A DNA stretch of 64,000 bases from assembly GCF_009914755.1 (NCBI RefSeq), contig NC_060926.1. The stretch is one strand, 5' to 3'. The position numbers and the translations under genes were made by a program. Under the pieces are notes generated by a model, which did no database searches, was not told the DNA's origin, and saw only the letters and a list, made by a program, of their open reading frames with translations. Shown here piece after piece: positions 38,915-51,807 of this stretch; within the stretch, counting starts at the first letter, position 1; the number at the start of each line of letters is the position of its first letter. The stretch comes from the human T2T-CHM13v2.0 reference genome, Homo sapiens.

Positions 38915-40835
38915 TAAGCATATATATTATATATGTGTATATATACATAAAGTATATATACACACCCAATGTGTATATATGTACACATATATACACACAC
39001 ACAATGTGTATATATATACACATACATACACACACACAATGTGTATATATATACACACACACACAATGTGTATATACATATATATACACACACGATGTGT
39101 GTATATATAGACATACATACACAGACACGATATGTATATATATACACATACATACACACACGATGTGTGTCTATATACACATACATACACACACACGATG
39201 TGTGTCTATATACACATACACACACACGCAGTGTGTCTATATACACATACACACGATGTGTGTCTATATACACATACACACACACGATGTGTGTCTATAT
39301 ACACATACACACACACAGTGTGACTATATACACATACATACACACACACGCAGTGTGTCTATATACACATACATACACACACAGTGTGCCTATATACACA
39401 TATATACACACACACAGTGTGCCTATATACACATATATACACACACAGTGTGTATATAGACCCACACACACACACACACAGTGTGTATATAGACCCACAC
39501 ATACACACACACACAGTGTGTATGTAGACACACACACACACAGTATGTAGACCCACACACACACACAATGTGTATGTAGACCCACACACACACACAGTGT
39601 GTATGTAGACCCACACACACACACAGTGTGTATGTAGACCCACACACACACAGTGTGTATGTAGACCCACACACACACACACACAGTGTGTATGTAGACC
39701 CACACACACACACACAGTGTGTATGTAGACCCACACACACACACACACACAGTGTGTATGTAGACCCACACACACACACACACACAGTGTGTATGTAGAC
39801 CCACACACACACACACACACACAGTGTGTATGTAGACCCACACACACACACACAGTGTGTATGTAGACCCACCCACACACACACACAGTGTGTATGTAGA
39901 CCCACACACACACACACACAGTGTGTATGTAGACCCACACACACACACACACACACAGTGTGTATGTAGACCCACACACACACACAGTGTGTATGTAGAC
40001 ACACACACACACACACAGTGTGTATGTAGACACACACACACACACACAGTGTGTATGTAGGCACACACATACACACAGTATGTAGACACACACACATACA
40101 CACAGTGTGTATGTAGACACACACACATACACACAGTGTGTATGTAGACACACACACATACACACAGTGTGTATGTAGACACACACACATACACACAGTG
40201 TGTATGTAGACACACACACATACACACAGTGTGTATGTAGACACACACACATACACACAGTGTGTATGTAGACACACACACATACACACAGTGTGTATGT
40301 AGACACACACACATACACACAGTGTGTATGTAGACACACACACATACACACACAGTGTGTATGTAGACACACACACATACACACACAGTGTGTATGTAGA
40401 CACACACACATACACACAGTGTGTATGTAGACACACACACATACACACACACAGTGTGTATGTAGACACACACACACACACACAGTGTGTATGTAGACAC
40501 ATATATACACACACACAGTGTGTATATAGACACATATACACACACAGTGTTATATATAGACACACATACACACACACAGTGTGTATATATATACACACAC
40601 ACACGGTGTGTATATATATACACATATACACACACACGGTGTGTTTATATATACACATATACACACACACGGTGTGTTTATATACACATATACACACACA
40701 CGGTGTGTGTATACATACACATGTATACACACATACGGTGTGTGTATACATACGCGTATACACACACACTGTGTGTATATATACGCGTATACACACACAC
40801 ACACACACGCACACACACACATATATGTGTGTGTG
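38915..40835. repeat. About 1.9-kb compound CA/TA/TG minisatellite (unit ~25-37 bp; core AGTGTGTATGTAGAC(C)(CA)n)
   Basis: Seen directly. Homogeneous 31-bp unit agtgtgtatgtagacacacacacatacacac at about 40104-40320. Confidence 0.97.
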
Positions 40836-41148
40836 CTCAGCCCTCTATATCCATGAGTTCTGAATCCGTGGATTCAACGAACTGTCGGTAAAACATATTT
40901 CAGAAAATTTCAAAAAGTAAAACTTGAATTTATTGTGCATTGAATACTACATTGAATACACACAAAGAAAGTGATGCATAGGTATTGTATTACATATTAT
41001 AAGTAATCTAGAGGTTATTTAAAATATACTGGAGGATGTGCACTTGCATACAAATACTATGCCGTTTTATATAAGGGACACTAGCTTTTGTATATTTTGG
41101 TATTTGCAGGGGGTCCTGGAAACAATCTCCCATGGACAGAGAGAGATG

Positions 41149-41152
<4 letters not shown>
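40836..41152. mobile_element. MER2-type (TcMar-Tigger) DNA transposon
   Basis: 'gccctctatatccatgagttctgaatccgtggattcaac...aagtaatctagag...ttttatataaggga...gggggtcctggaaacaatc...gatgact'. Confidence 0.85.
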
Positions 41153-41189
<37 letters not shown>

Positions 41190-41221
41190 ACGTGAGTGCC
41201 TGTGTGTGTGAGTGTGTGTGT
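41153..41221 (+). repeat. (TG)n microsatellite
   Basis: About 17 perfect TG units plus a degenerate extension. Confidence 0.92.
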
Positions 41222-41864
41222 AATTTTTTAAGAAATAATGGGCGATGGAGGATGGGGTATAGGAGCAGAAGATCATGGAGGTGACAACCCATTTCCTGCC
41301 CTTGCTCCCTCCCCTGCCACAGGTGCTAGTCTTAGGTGAAGCCATTTCAGATAATAAGCTCTTCTTCGCATCTTCACTTCTCACTGTCATCTTTCTCTCC
41401 TCTCTATATTTCTCAGGCTTGTGGAGCCCTAACAGTGCTTCTTGGCTCTTCAGCTTCAGTCAACAAACTGATAGGTTCATCACGAAAGCTCCTGTGGCCT
41501 GGAAGCTGTGCCATGGACCCTCCTTTGCATAACCCTTTTAAATTATTGTACTTACTGCATGTTCCTATTGTGCAGAAAATACTACTGTTTCTATTTTGCA
41601 TAAAAAGGTGCAGAAAATGAACAGTTTAAGAAAGAAGACCCAAGTAATATCTGAACTTTATAGATACACTTTATATATAAAGAAAATGAAATAAATTTGT
41701 TAAAATCGCACAAATAATATTCCAGGTATTCTGAAGTTGTGCTTCATTTTCTTTCCTTATGCTGTCATGCTGAGTTAGAGACAACTGGACCATTCAGGCC
41801 ATACTTATTTAATATAGGTGACTGAAGATGGCCCAAGTCTTGTATGCCATATGAAAAATGCAAA

Positions 41865-42045
41865 ACATTGTGGTTGAGAGCTTGCTTTTGAAGTCAGACA
41901 GGTGCATATTTGAATTTCAGCTCCGTCTATTACATTTTTTTTTGTCTTTCAGGGAGTATCTTAACCTTGCTAGGCCTTATTTCCCCATGCGCTTAATCAG
42001 AAAACTTATTTCTCAGGGCTCTTTAGAAAATTTTAAGATTTGTGG
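41865..42045 (+). mobile_element. MIR remnant
   Basis: 'tggttgagagc...gaagtcagacag...tttgaatttcagctcc...cttaacctt...ttccccat'. Confidence 0.55.
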
Positions 42046-42446
42046 CCATGAGACAACAATTTCATGTGCCTTATTTTAATAAATAGTCTAATCTGTGACA
42101 TAAATCTTATAATCTTATTTTATACGGGCTATGTTTGGTACTGGGAAGGGTATAGGTTTTGGAGTAAGTTAGAACTGCATTTAAGCTTTCTCTGCCAAAT
42201 ACTAGCAATCTTTGAAAACTGATAGGAATGTACTAATAGAAAAGACACTCATAGAAGGAACATATTTTAAGGAAATTTTCAATTAAGTACTAACCTAGAT
42301 TATGTAGAACTAGAATTGGAGGTTTGGAGGCCAGGGAGGGAGATAAAAATTTAAAAATTATTAAAGTTACTGGTAAAGAAAGGAAAGTGATGGAAAAGCT
42401 GGTTATTTTAAAGATCCTATTTGATTCAGGTAGGGGAAAGGAGGAG

Positions 42447-43442
42447 TGTAATAGTCTATTTTCAGGCTGCTGATAAAGACATACCTGAGACTGGGCCATT
42501 TACAAGAGAATGAGGTTTAATGGCCTTACAGTTCCACGTGACTGGGCAGGTCTCAAAATCATTGTGGAAGGCAAGGAGGAGGTCCTCATGTCTTACCTGG
42601 ATGGAAGCAGGCAAAGAGAGAGTTTGTGCAGGGAAACTCACATTTTTTAAAACCATCAGGTCAGTGTGGCGATTCCTCAGGGATCTAGAACTAGAAATAC
42701 CATTTGACCCAGCCATCCCATTACTGGGTATATACCCAAAGGACTATAAATCATGCTGCTATAAAGACACATGCACACGTATGTTTATTGCGGCACTATT
42801 CACAATAGCAAAGACTTGGAACCAACCCAGATGTCCAACAATGATAGACTGGATTAAGAAAATGTGGCACATATACACCATGGAATACTATGCAGCCATA
42901 AAAAATGATGAGTTCATGTCCTTTGTAGGGACATGGATGAAATTGGAAACCATCATTCTCAGTAAACTATCGCAAGAACAAAAAACCAAACACCGCATAT
43001 TCTCACTCATAGGTGGGAATTGAACAATGAGATCACATGGACACAGGAAGGGGAATATCACACTCTGAGGACTGTGGTGGGGTCGGGGGAGGGGGGAGGG
43101 ATAGCATTGGGAGATATACCTAATGCTAGATGACACGTTAGTGGGTGCAGCGCACCAGCATGGCACATGTATACATATGTAACTAACCTGCACAATGTGC
43201 ACATGTACCCTAAAACTTAGAGTATAATAAAAAAAAAAAATTTAAAAAAAAAATAAATAAATAAAAAAATAAAAGTGAAAAAAAAAAAAAAAACCATCAG
43301 GTCTCATGAGACTTATTCACAATCATGAGAACAGAATGGGAAAGCCTGGCCCCCATGATTCATTTACCTCCTACTGTGTCCTTCCCGCAATGCATGGGAA
43401 TTCAAGATGAGATTTGGGTGGGGACACAGCCAAACCATATCA
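42447..43442 (-). mobile_element. ERVL-MaLR solo LTR (THE1A/B-like) split by an L1HS insertion
   Basis: THE1 halves at 42447-42662 and 43290-43442. TSD aggag / agggg. Confidence 0.9.
42663..43289 (+). mobile_element. 5'-truncated L1HS, pre-Ta (ACG/G) subset
   Basis: Intact ORF2 C-terminus (...HRIFSLIGGN-stop at 43023). 3' UTR diagnostics ACG at 43135-43137 and G at 43220. Long A tail. Perfect 14-bp TSD aaaaccatcaggtc at 42649-42662 and 43290-43303. Confidence 0.92.
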
Positions 43443-43479
43443 AGGGGATAATAAGCCCATAATGGGATTGAAATAGTAT

Positions 43480-44370
43480 GTGTCAATGGGAAAATACTTG
43501 GGATAATTTATAAAACGAGTTTCTCAAACTTTTAAGGAACACATTGTGTGAATTTTATGCAAACAGTTAATCATAATTGAAAATGTAAGAAACATTTCCC
43601 ATTTCATTCTGTGTCAAATACAACCTTGATAACCACACCAGAAACAAAAAGGAAAGTTGCCAATTGATCTCACTGATGCATACAAATGAAATTTTTTTTA
43701 ATTAATTAAAAAAATTAAATTAAATTAAAAAAAAATCTTAAATCAGCCAGATACAGAAAAAGATAATACATGATAATTAAGTTGCCTCCTGAAAATGCAA
43801 GAGTAGTTTAATATTAGGGAAGCTATAAGCCTAAGTCTACACTTGAGAAAATAAGAATTGGAAAATGCCCCTTGAGCATTTTAATAGATGCATCAAAATT
43901 TGATAAAATTTGACTCCCACTCATAACTAAAAATATTCACAAACCAGTCACAAGAGTGAATTTAATTGATTTATTAGAGAATATGCATAAAAACAATAAC
44001 CCTAAAGGAGTTCTCCTGCTGGCAATGACATAATGACTGGAATTAAACTAATCCTTCTACAAAGTTTATCTATAAAAGCTGGATTAAATACATATCTGGG
44101 AGAAATAAAGAATATGAGGAAAAAGTAAGCATGTAAATGCCTCTAAATTACTATTGAGTAAAACTCCAATAAAATAATTTAAATATAAAAATACATGCCA
44201 GCAATAGTACACAATGCAAGAAAGTGGTAGATAAAGTTAAAATTTTGTGAGGTTGTAAATAAAGTTAAATTTTTTGTGTGTCAAATGGCAAAAGTCCAAA
44301 TTTAAGGCAGATATTAATACATTAATGACATATGTTGTAATTTCATGAAAACTCACTAAATAAATACAGG
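43480..44370 (+). mobile_element. Highly decayed old L1 (L1M) fragments
   Basis: Degenerate ORF2-like motifs ('tttcattctgtg...accttgataacc', 'aatagatgca...tttgataaaatt'). Boundaries uncertain. Confidence 0.45.
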
Positions 44371-45039
44371 TGTATCTTCAGAGTTGTGTGGGTTGGTTCT
44401 TTATGCTCATTCCTCTTTCTTATTCTGATTTAACCATAAACAGACTGATCACATTGGGCACTTTTTCTCCCATCTTTGCTGTGTTACATGCCTCAAGTCT
44501 TTGACACTTCCCCATAGCAAGGAAAATAAAGAAATGTAAGAAGCAAACTGTCTAAGATCAGAATGGCCCACTGCTTTGAGAGCAACTTTGACTTGAAAGC
44601 ACCTATCTTGTGCACACTGCAAGTGTAGTCTGTGAGCATGCCTGTTCTGCATGAAGGGGCTTAATATGAAACAATTCTTTTGTCCAAGTGAGCTTACTGT
44701 TTCTCAATCCTATCTGTTCCTTTGAAATGAAGAATTGATTAGCACCATCTGTTGTGCTCATCTCTGCTTTTGCATCGATCTAATGCCTCTCCCTTCACCC
44801 CAGTCTCACCCAAAACCTCCAGAGTGGCAAGTGATCTTCTGATCATACCAATTTGTACCTCTAGTCTTATCTTCTCACAGAGGCCCTATCACATGACATC
44901 AAAATTGTGGAGGGGTGTGTAGACGAGCAAGTTTATATCTACACAACTCAGACTTTTCTGTATGCAGATGCACTCTTTTCCCTATTTTCTTTTGAGAGAA
45001 GCTCTTATTCCAGCCAGATGCAAAATCTTGACATCACCT

Positions 45040-45679
45040 TGTAATTGAGTCACTTGACCTCAAAATGCATTTAATTTTTCCCCTTTTCTCTTTTCTCCCT
45101 AGTCTCAAGACATAACCTTGAAGCAAACTGCAGAAGTTTTTTCCCTTAACTTTGAAATACACTTCATGTCCCTCCCTTTCTCACCATATTCTCCCTTCAC
45201 ATTTATCTATCTGCATGATAGTACCTAATTATGTGCTTACTTAGAAGTTCCAGGAGTTAACCGTGAGACAGAGAGACCAAGCCTGAATTTTACAGACCCA
45301 GCTGTAAAATTCCAGCGCTTACCTCAAGACAGCTAGTCAACAACTTGGCCATTGTCGACGTGATGCCAGCCTGAACTTCAGGTGGAGTGAGACACAAGAT
45401 AAGTCACTGAAACAAGACATACAGACCTCAGAATCAGCACAACTTGATATGCCTCCTATGTCAAGTTCCCCTTTTTTACACAACTGCTGCATGCCTTCCA
45501 TATCAAGTCCCCCCTTTTTAAGCCTGTGCCTTTTCTCTAGAAATTCAAAGTGGCCACTTTGGGTGGGAATCTGGCCACTTCCCCATTACTAGTTTTGGTT
45601 AATAAATTTCTTTCTACCGTACCTCAATGTTGTCACTGGACTCTGCAAGTGGCGATCAGACAGAATGCGTTTTGTTACA
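45040..45679 (+). mobile_element. ERV1 (MER4-group, LTR29/LTR48-like) solo LTR, 640 bp
   Basis: tgtaa...ttaca termini; 4-bp TSD acct at 45036-45039 and 45680-45683; AATAAA at 45601; internal ~42-bp duplication at 45437-45520. Family name tentative. Confidence 0.8.
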
Positions 45680-48600
45680 ACCTTTGATTCAGCCTTCTTC
45701 ACGATGTAGTTTGTGTCTATCTCCACATCATAGTGCAGATTTTTCTCCTGTGTCTTCCTCTAAATTCTACTGCCAGCACATTCATCTCAAAGTGGGATTG
45801 CATATCCAGCTTCTTTAAATGCTGCTCTGATAACATTACTTCTCATCTCAAAATGCTACAGTATCTCTCAGTTCTTCATTACTCAATGTCCCTGCCTTAC
45901 TTGCAACGTCTTCTTTAAGCTGTTTCTGCTTATATAGCATTAATTTTCATGAGTTCTCAGGATATTTCTTTTGCTTCTGCCGAGTCAGATTTACATTTGT
46001 TATCTTTCATATACTATTTCATGCTGTTCCACAAACTCATACTACTTTTTTATTTATTTTATTTTTTTGTTACGCTTAAATGCTCTATTCTCTGCTTCCT
46101 ACATTGTATAAACTATCAAATCTCAATGCAATACTCATTCTTCCATGGATGATTGATAGTCTCCTCTTCCTCAAAGTTTATTCATTTTTATCCCCTCCGA
46201 ACCGGTACCTACTGTTGGTTAAAAAAAATAGCATTTAAACACTGGCAATAATATGTATTTGTTTACCCAATGGATGAATAATATAAAAATGCATTATTGT
46301 TTCTGGTTTCATGTTTGTTAATCTTGTTACTCCTTGTACACTCTAGGCTTGCTAAATGTTTTCTTTTTAACTGGATAGATAGAGATGGGAGAAAGAGAGA
46401 CAGAGTGGAAGAGAGAGAGGGAAGAACATTGATTTATACTTAAAAAAAATCCCAGATTGTATCTAAAACAGTACTGATTAAAAATCCTTGCTGAATGGTT
46501 TTGTAGGTGGACATTTATAGCACATGCATTTTTTAAATCAGAGTATCTGATGTATGTAAATACATCTATATTTTTAATCACAAAAGAATTTGATATTTTA
46601 AAACATATTCTTTCTGATTGCTGTTTATATATGAGGATACAGACTGGGAGAGGACGGAAATGACCCTCTGTCCCTTCAGTTCAAAATCTTGATCCAAATG
46701 AGGGTAATATAACTGAATATATATGGAAAAATTATACTAACTTAAATTTTACATGCTTTAAAGTATGATAGATACCTCAATAAATAAGTTTAAAGATATT
46801 TAAACAAAATATGAGTGAGTTACTTTAATACCTACCCACAGGAAAAACTAATTTCTGCTGGATAATGCAATATTGTAGAAAGAATGTTACTTTCAATGTT
46901 GAAGTTAAAATAGTCATTTCTATGGATTTTGAAGCACTCTATAATCTCTAAATAAAGATTTAAAATAAAAACCCAAAAGCCTAAATATAATTATATATGA
47001 CAGCTTCTAGTAAGAAAATATTCAATAAAGTAATGGCATTACATAAGGAATATAATTCTGGTAAAGAGCAATGGGAAAGTAATCATTCTCTTACATTTTT
47101 ACAACGTGCTAATGTACAGGCAGTGCATTACCTGATATTTCTAATATGTTGACTACAACCACTCCATGAGCTACCAAGCAGACAGTTTGTCTTTACCTCA
47201 GAAAAAAATGGTGAAATTTAAAGAGGATACATCATTAGCACAAAGCCCTATAATACTTATTAATGGTTAATTTAGAGAGCAAATTTATGTATGCTCACAT
47301 CTCTTCCTATTATCTCTATATTAAACCATACGCATAACTTCTGACCATTTACAAACATGTTTAAATTTATGTAAACTCATTAGGGAGTGGGACTAAAATC
47401 TAAGCAGAATGATATTTATCTTAAATTGCTTTGTTCTCTGTCTCCTATTTCCTTGATCCTGTTTCATGTGGCCCCAGTGCTACCTAGAGTTGTGTTCTGG
47501 CAGTTTTCCCTAGGTGACCATAATTTCACCAAAACATCTCTGATTGCTCACCTTTCTGGCTCTCCGAGTACCTATCATAATATGACTATTGCATTTGTGT
47601 TTAAGTTCATGCTTGCTTAGCCATTTTAATAAGAAACTTATGAAACAACGAAAGTTAGTAATAGCATATTGGGCTATGTTCTTCACTAAAGTATCTGGCT
47701 CTTCTGGATTAAAATACCATATTGAGATTTTTAAGAGTCAGAATGTAAGAGATCTCCATCTGTAGAATATGAATTATTTCTAGTTTCTTTCCTGAGCCCC
47801 AGACTTCTTTGCTGCATTGAATTCAGAGCTAAGGAACTAATCCAGAGAAATTCTGCAGTTATTTGGGATCCACTCTCATCCTTTTAACACTCCAGAATCA
47901 AATATAAGCCCCAAGTAAGTAGCTTTTAAATAAGATGAGATGGAGACAGGAGGGGAGGGGAGAGAAAGATGAGCAGAAACACAAACCTTTGCATTCAAAA
48001 GGTAGCAATACCACACATCATGTAGCTTCTGGAAAACTCCCTTGTACACTTGTGAAATAATAAGACTAGCAATAGTGTCTTCATATTATAATTAAATTAT
48101 ATTTTACTTTTTGGACCCTCGAAAGGAGCGACACCTTAAGAATCTCGTATCCATGATATTCCTCTGCAACTTAAGGAGGTTGCAGTAAGAGACATTTCAT
48201 GTGCAACAAATACCTCTCAGCAATATACTGTAATTATATGTTCACATGGCTTTAAGAGCTGTAATTCAAAAAATGACAACTGCACACACAGGACTTGCAT
48301 GGATATTGGTGTTCCATGGTATTCACTTAGGATAAGGAGGAGTCCTTATCTAGTACCACCCCTCCCAAAGCCTAACAGTAGTCTTCCTCCACAAACGGTC
48401 AAGTCTTCCAGAGTATAAAAATAAAATATCTCTTTAAATATAACATCTAAAAACCATATATTATTTTTATTTTGTATATATGTATATACAAAATAATTTA
48501 CATATACACACATATATTTCTATATATGTATATTATAACAAGTAATATACACATATACACATGGATACACACACAGACATATCTCAGTAGAATATGGTTG

Positions 48601-49825
48601 AAAGCGAATATTCCATGGTAGGTGCGAATCAGGAAATAAGGAATTTTTTGTGAGATAGATTACACACTAATTTATATTTAATTTTATAGCATCAGTTAAT
48701 ATCCTCATATCTTTTTCCACACCTTTAATTTCAGAATGGAAGCACTTGCAGACACACACAAATGTCCATGAGAGAGAAGGACCAAAGAGTGCTCCAAAAA
48801 AAAAATCACTTAGACCCTCCTGAATGATAATTCCAAAGGCTGGAACTACTTTTTGCATAATACTACAGAGTTGCCAAAATCTTTTTTCTTTTTTCCTGCT
48901 TAAACACCTTCACTGTTATTTCAGACTATGATCTGTGAATGCCAAGTGTTTGCATTCCTCAGTGTGCACCAACACATTTCTGTTCTTACGGATGTTTTAC
49001 CCAGCAGGGGCCATTATAGCCCTCATCTCCAGATGGCAGAACAAATCAACAGAGCATATGGCTTTTGGGAAAATAAAAGTGAACCGTTCTTTATTCTTTC
49101 TCCGAAACAAGCTTATTTCTGTCTCCTCTGGATTTTTACTTTGAGGTGAAGCTTTCAGAAACCAAAAATTGGTTACTAATGAGTGAGTTCGTGTACTCAA
49201 AAATATACAGAATAATTTGAATTAAAAAGTCATTCTGGGTCAAAATAAATCAATGACATTGTTTAGAAAAATGACTGTGCTATTTTACCTGTGTAGCCTC
49301 AGTGGGTTATTATCTAAGACTTTGAATGTATTTATACCAAAACAACAGAAAGGGGGAGTACTGGAAAATGTACAGTAAAATGAGCCTAGCCAAGGCAATA
49401 GCATTTTATGGACCAATCCATCATCAATGTATTGATTCTTTCATCATCAGTCAAACCAAGACAGACAACTAGAACTTTTAATCTGTTAACTGTCTAGGTA
49501 ATCTCATACTTGTGAACTCCATTTTGCTTAGGGAATAAACTACAAAATCTAATTGCTTGAGGAAGAAACATATTATTTACTTCAAAACATGGACAAAAGT
49601 CTTTGCTCATGTTTTTGAATAAAGAAAAGAGAAAAGTTTACTCCCGACCAGCCTCAGAATGCCATTTTTAGCTTTCTGCAGTTCATGCTGCTACTACCAG
49701 AGTATGTTATTTATGCCACTTTCAAACACAGTAACAAAATTATACTTTGTTCATTTGTTTGGTTCACGAAAATGAAGAGCAACTAATAGGCATAATTTCT
49801 ATACAGGCAATTTAGCTTCGCTCAC

Positions 49826-49962
49826 TGTGTTAGTTTTCTAGGGATTCTATAACAAAGTACTATGAACTAGGTAGTTTGAAATGATAGGAATTCATTTATA
49901 AGGTCACATTTACAGGTTCCAGTAGACATGAATTTCATAGAAACACTATTCAATCTAGCACA
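49826..49962 (-). mobile_element. Internally deleted MLT1 LTR retaining both termini
   Basis: 'tgtgttagttttctaggg...tataacaaagtac' is joined to 'taaggtcacatttacaggttcc...acactattcaa...aca'. Confidence 0.6.
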
Positions 49963-50248
49963 CTAATTTATATGACCATACATCAAATTAACTGCTTTGA
50001 CAGGACAGTCATAAACAAAATAGCTAGTATAATTAATATTAATAAAGTTTTACACACAACCGCCTCCAGACCTGCAATATAAAATACATGAGAACATCTT
50101 GAGAAAGTAACAAAACAATGTTTTAGCCCCCGATTTAATCAGAGTTGTATATCAAATAAATGTAGCTTTGATTTTAGAGAACATCAGTGCATCATATATT
50201 CACTTGTTTTTGTCATTTAGTGTTATTAATATCAAAATGACCCATGGC

Positions 50249-50556
<308 letters not shown>

Positions 50557-50675
50557 ATGGCTTTAAAACAAACCCCAATTCTTGGTCAGTTGTCTTACTC
50601 ACTTTCCTTTTTATCTGGGAAGAAACAAGATGTTGTGGTAACCTAGGACACATTGAAGGAGTTAGGAGTTAGTAA

Positions 50676-51805
50676 GTCATTTTTCTTTCAATATATGTTT
50701 ATTGAGTGCTTGCCACAGGCCAAGCTGTGGCTTAGATACTGAAGACTGGTAAGCAAACAAAACAGACAAGTTCTTTGTCTTCATTAAACTGACTTTCTAG
50801 TGAAGAAAAGTGTAGACTTTACTGCTAGAAACCAATTGACTGCTGATATTGACCTATCAGAGGTCAACAACATAGAACAAGTTGGCGAAAGGTGCAAATA
50901 ATGAAATGACTCTTATTTTGAAGTTTGCTTAGGAGTAAAGTTTGTTATTCTGATGGCGTTTACATGATACTACTCAGTTGAACAGTCCTGTTGACTCTGT
51001 TGAATGTTTAATTTAAGAAGTCTTCCTTCCTCTCAATTGACCATCTTTTCATCATTGTCAAACTCTCTCACAACTACCATAACTAATCCTCTACTGATTC
51101 CCATTAATTTTATCTCCTAAGAAAGATTTCCTAAGTATCCATGGTTCAACCACTTCTATGTCTTGACTACTTCTTCTCTATATTCCATCCAGTGCCACTA
51201 TCCTGAAATCTGGCTGTTAATATCATAGCTTCTACAATTCTATACTTCTATGCATTTGCCTTCCATATATTTTTGTCTTTACAATCTATCCGGAATAAAT
51301 TTTTTATAAATGAAACTCCAGCCAAATCCTTCTCATATTTAAAATACTTAATGATTTACTATCATACTAGGATAGAAGAAAAATAATCTTAACACATCCT
51401 ATACATTCTTATGTGAATTGTTACCAACTTATTTCTCATTTTTGCCTATGCCTCTCTAGTCTACCATGCTTCAGCTATAGTAGCCTTCAATCAGTTTCAT
51501 AATACTCTATATCGGTCACTTATGCCACAGGGCTGTTGGACATATTCTCGCTGCCTGGATTATACATCCTTCTCCTCTTTGTCTAACTTATTATCGTCCT
51601 TATAAGTCTCAGACACAGTTTTATTTTCTCAGAGAACACTTTTGACTCTTCTGAGAATGATGCCTCTGTTAAAAATGGCATTTAGTTAGTAATTAAGTGT
51701 TTATTAGCATTATTTAAATAATGTTGGTTTCTCTAGCAAGACTATGACCTCCTTGAGAAAAAGGAAAAAAACAGATTTCAGCCATGACTGCACTTGGCAC
51801 AGAGC
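50676..51805. mobile_element. L2 remnants (reverse piece ~50676-50805; forward piece ~51060-51805)
   Basis: 'ttattgagtgcttgccacaggcc...agacaagttctttgtcttcat'; 'gccacagggctgttggacat...ctgcctgga'; 'agactatgacctccttgag...cttggcacagag'. Confidence 0.5.
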
Positions 51806-51807
51806 CA

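Noticed and set aside
39450-40500. Repeat-plus-variable-spacer appearance resembling a CRISPR array
   Set aside because: The 'spacers' are just (CA)n of varying length, there are no cas genes, and the DNA is human.
38829-40891. Long ORFs of up to 465 aa rich in C/V/Y/T/H
   Set aside because: They are translations of the CA/TG minisatellite, open in many frames only because the repeat lacks stop codons.
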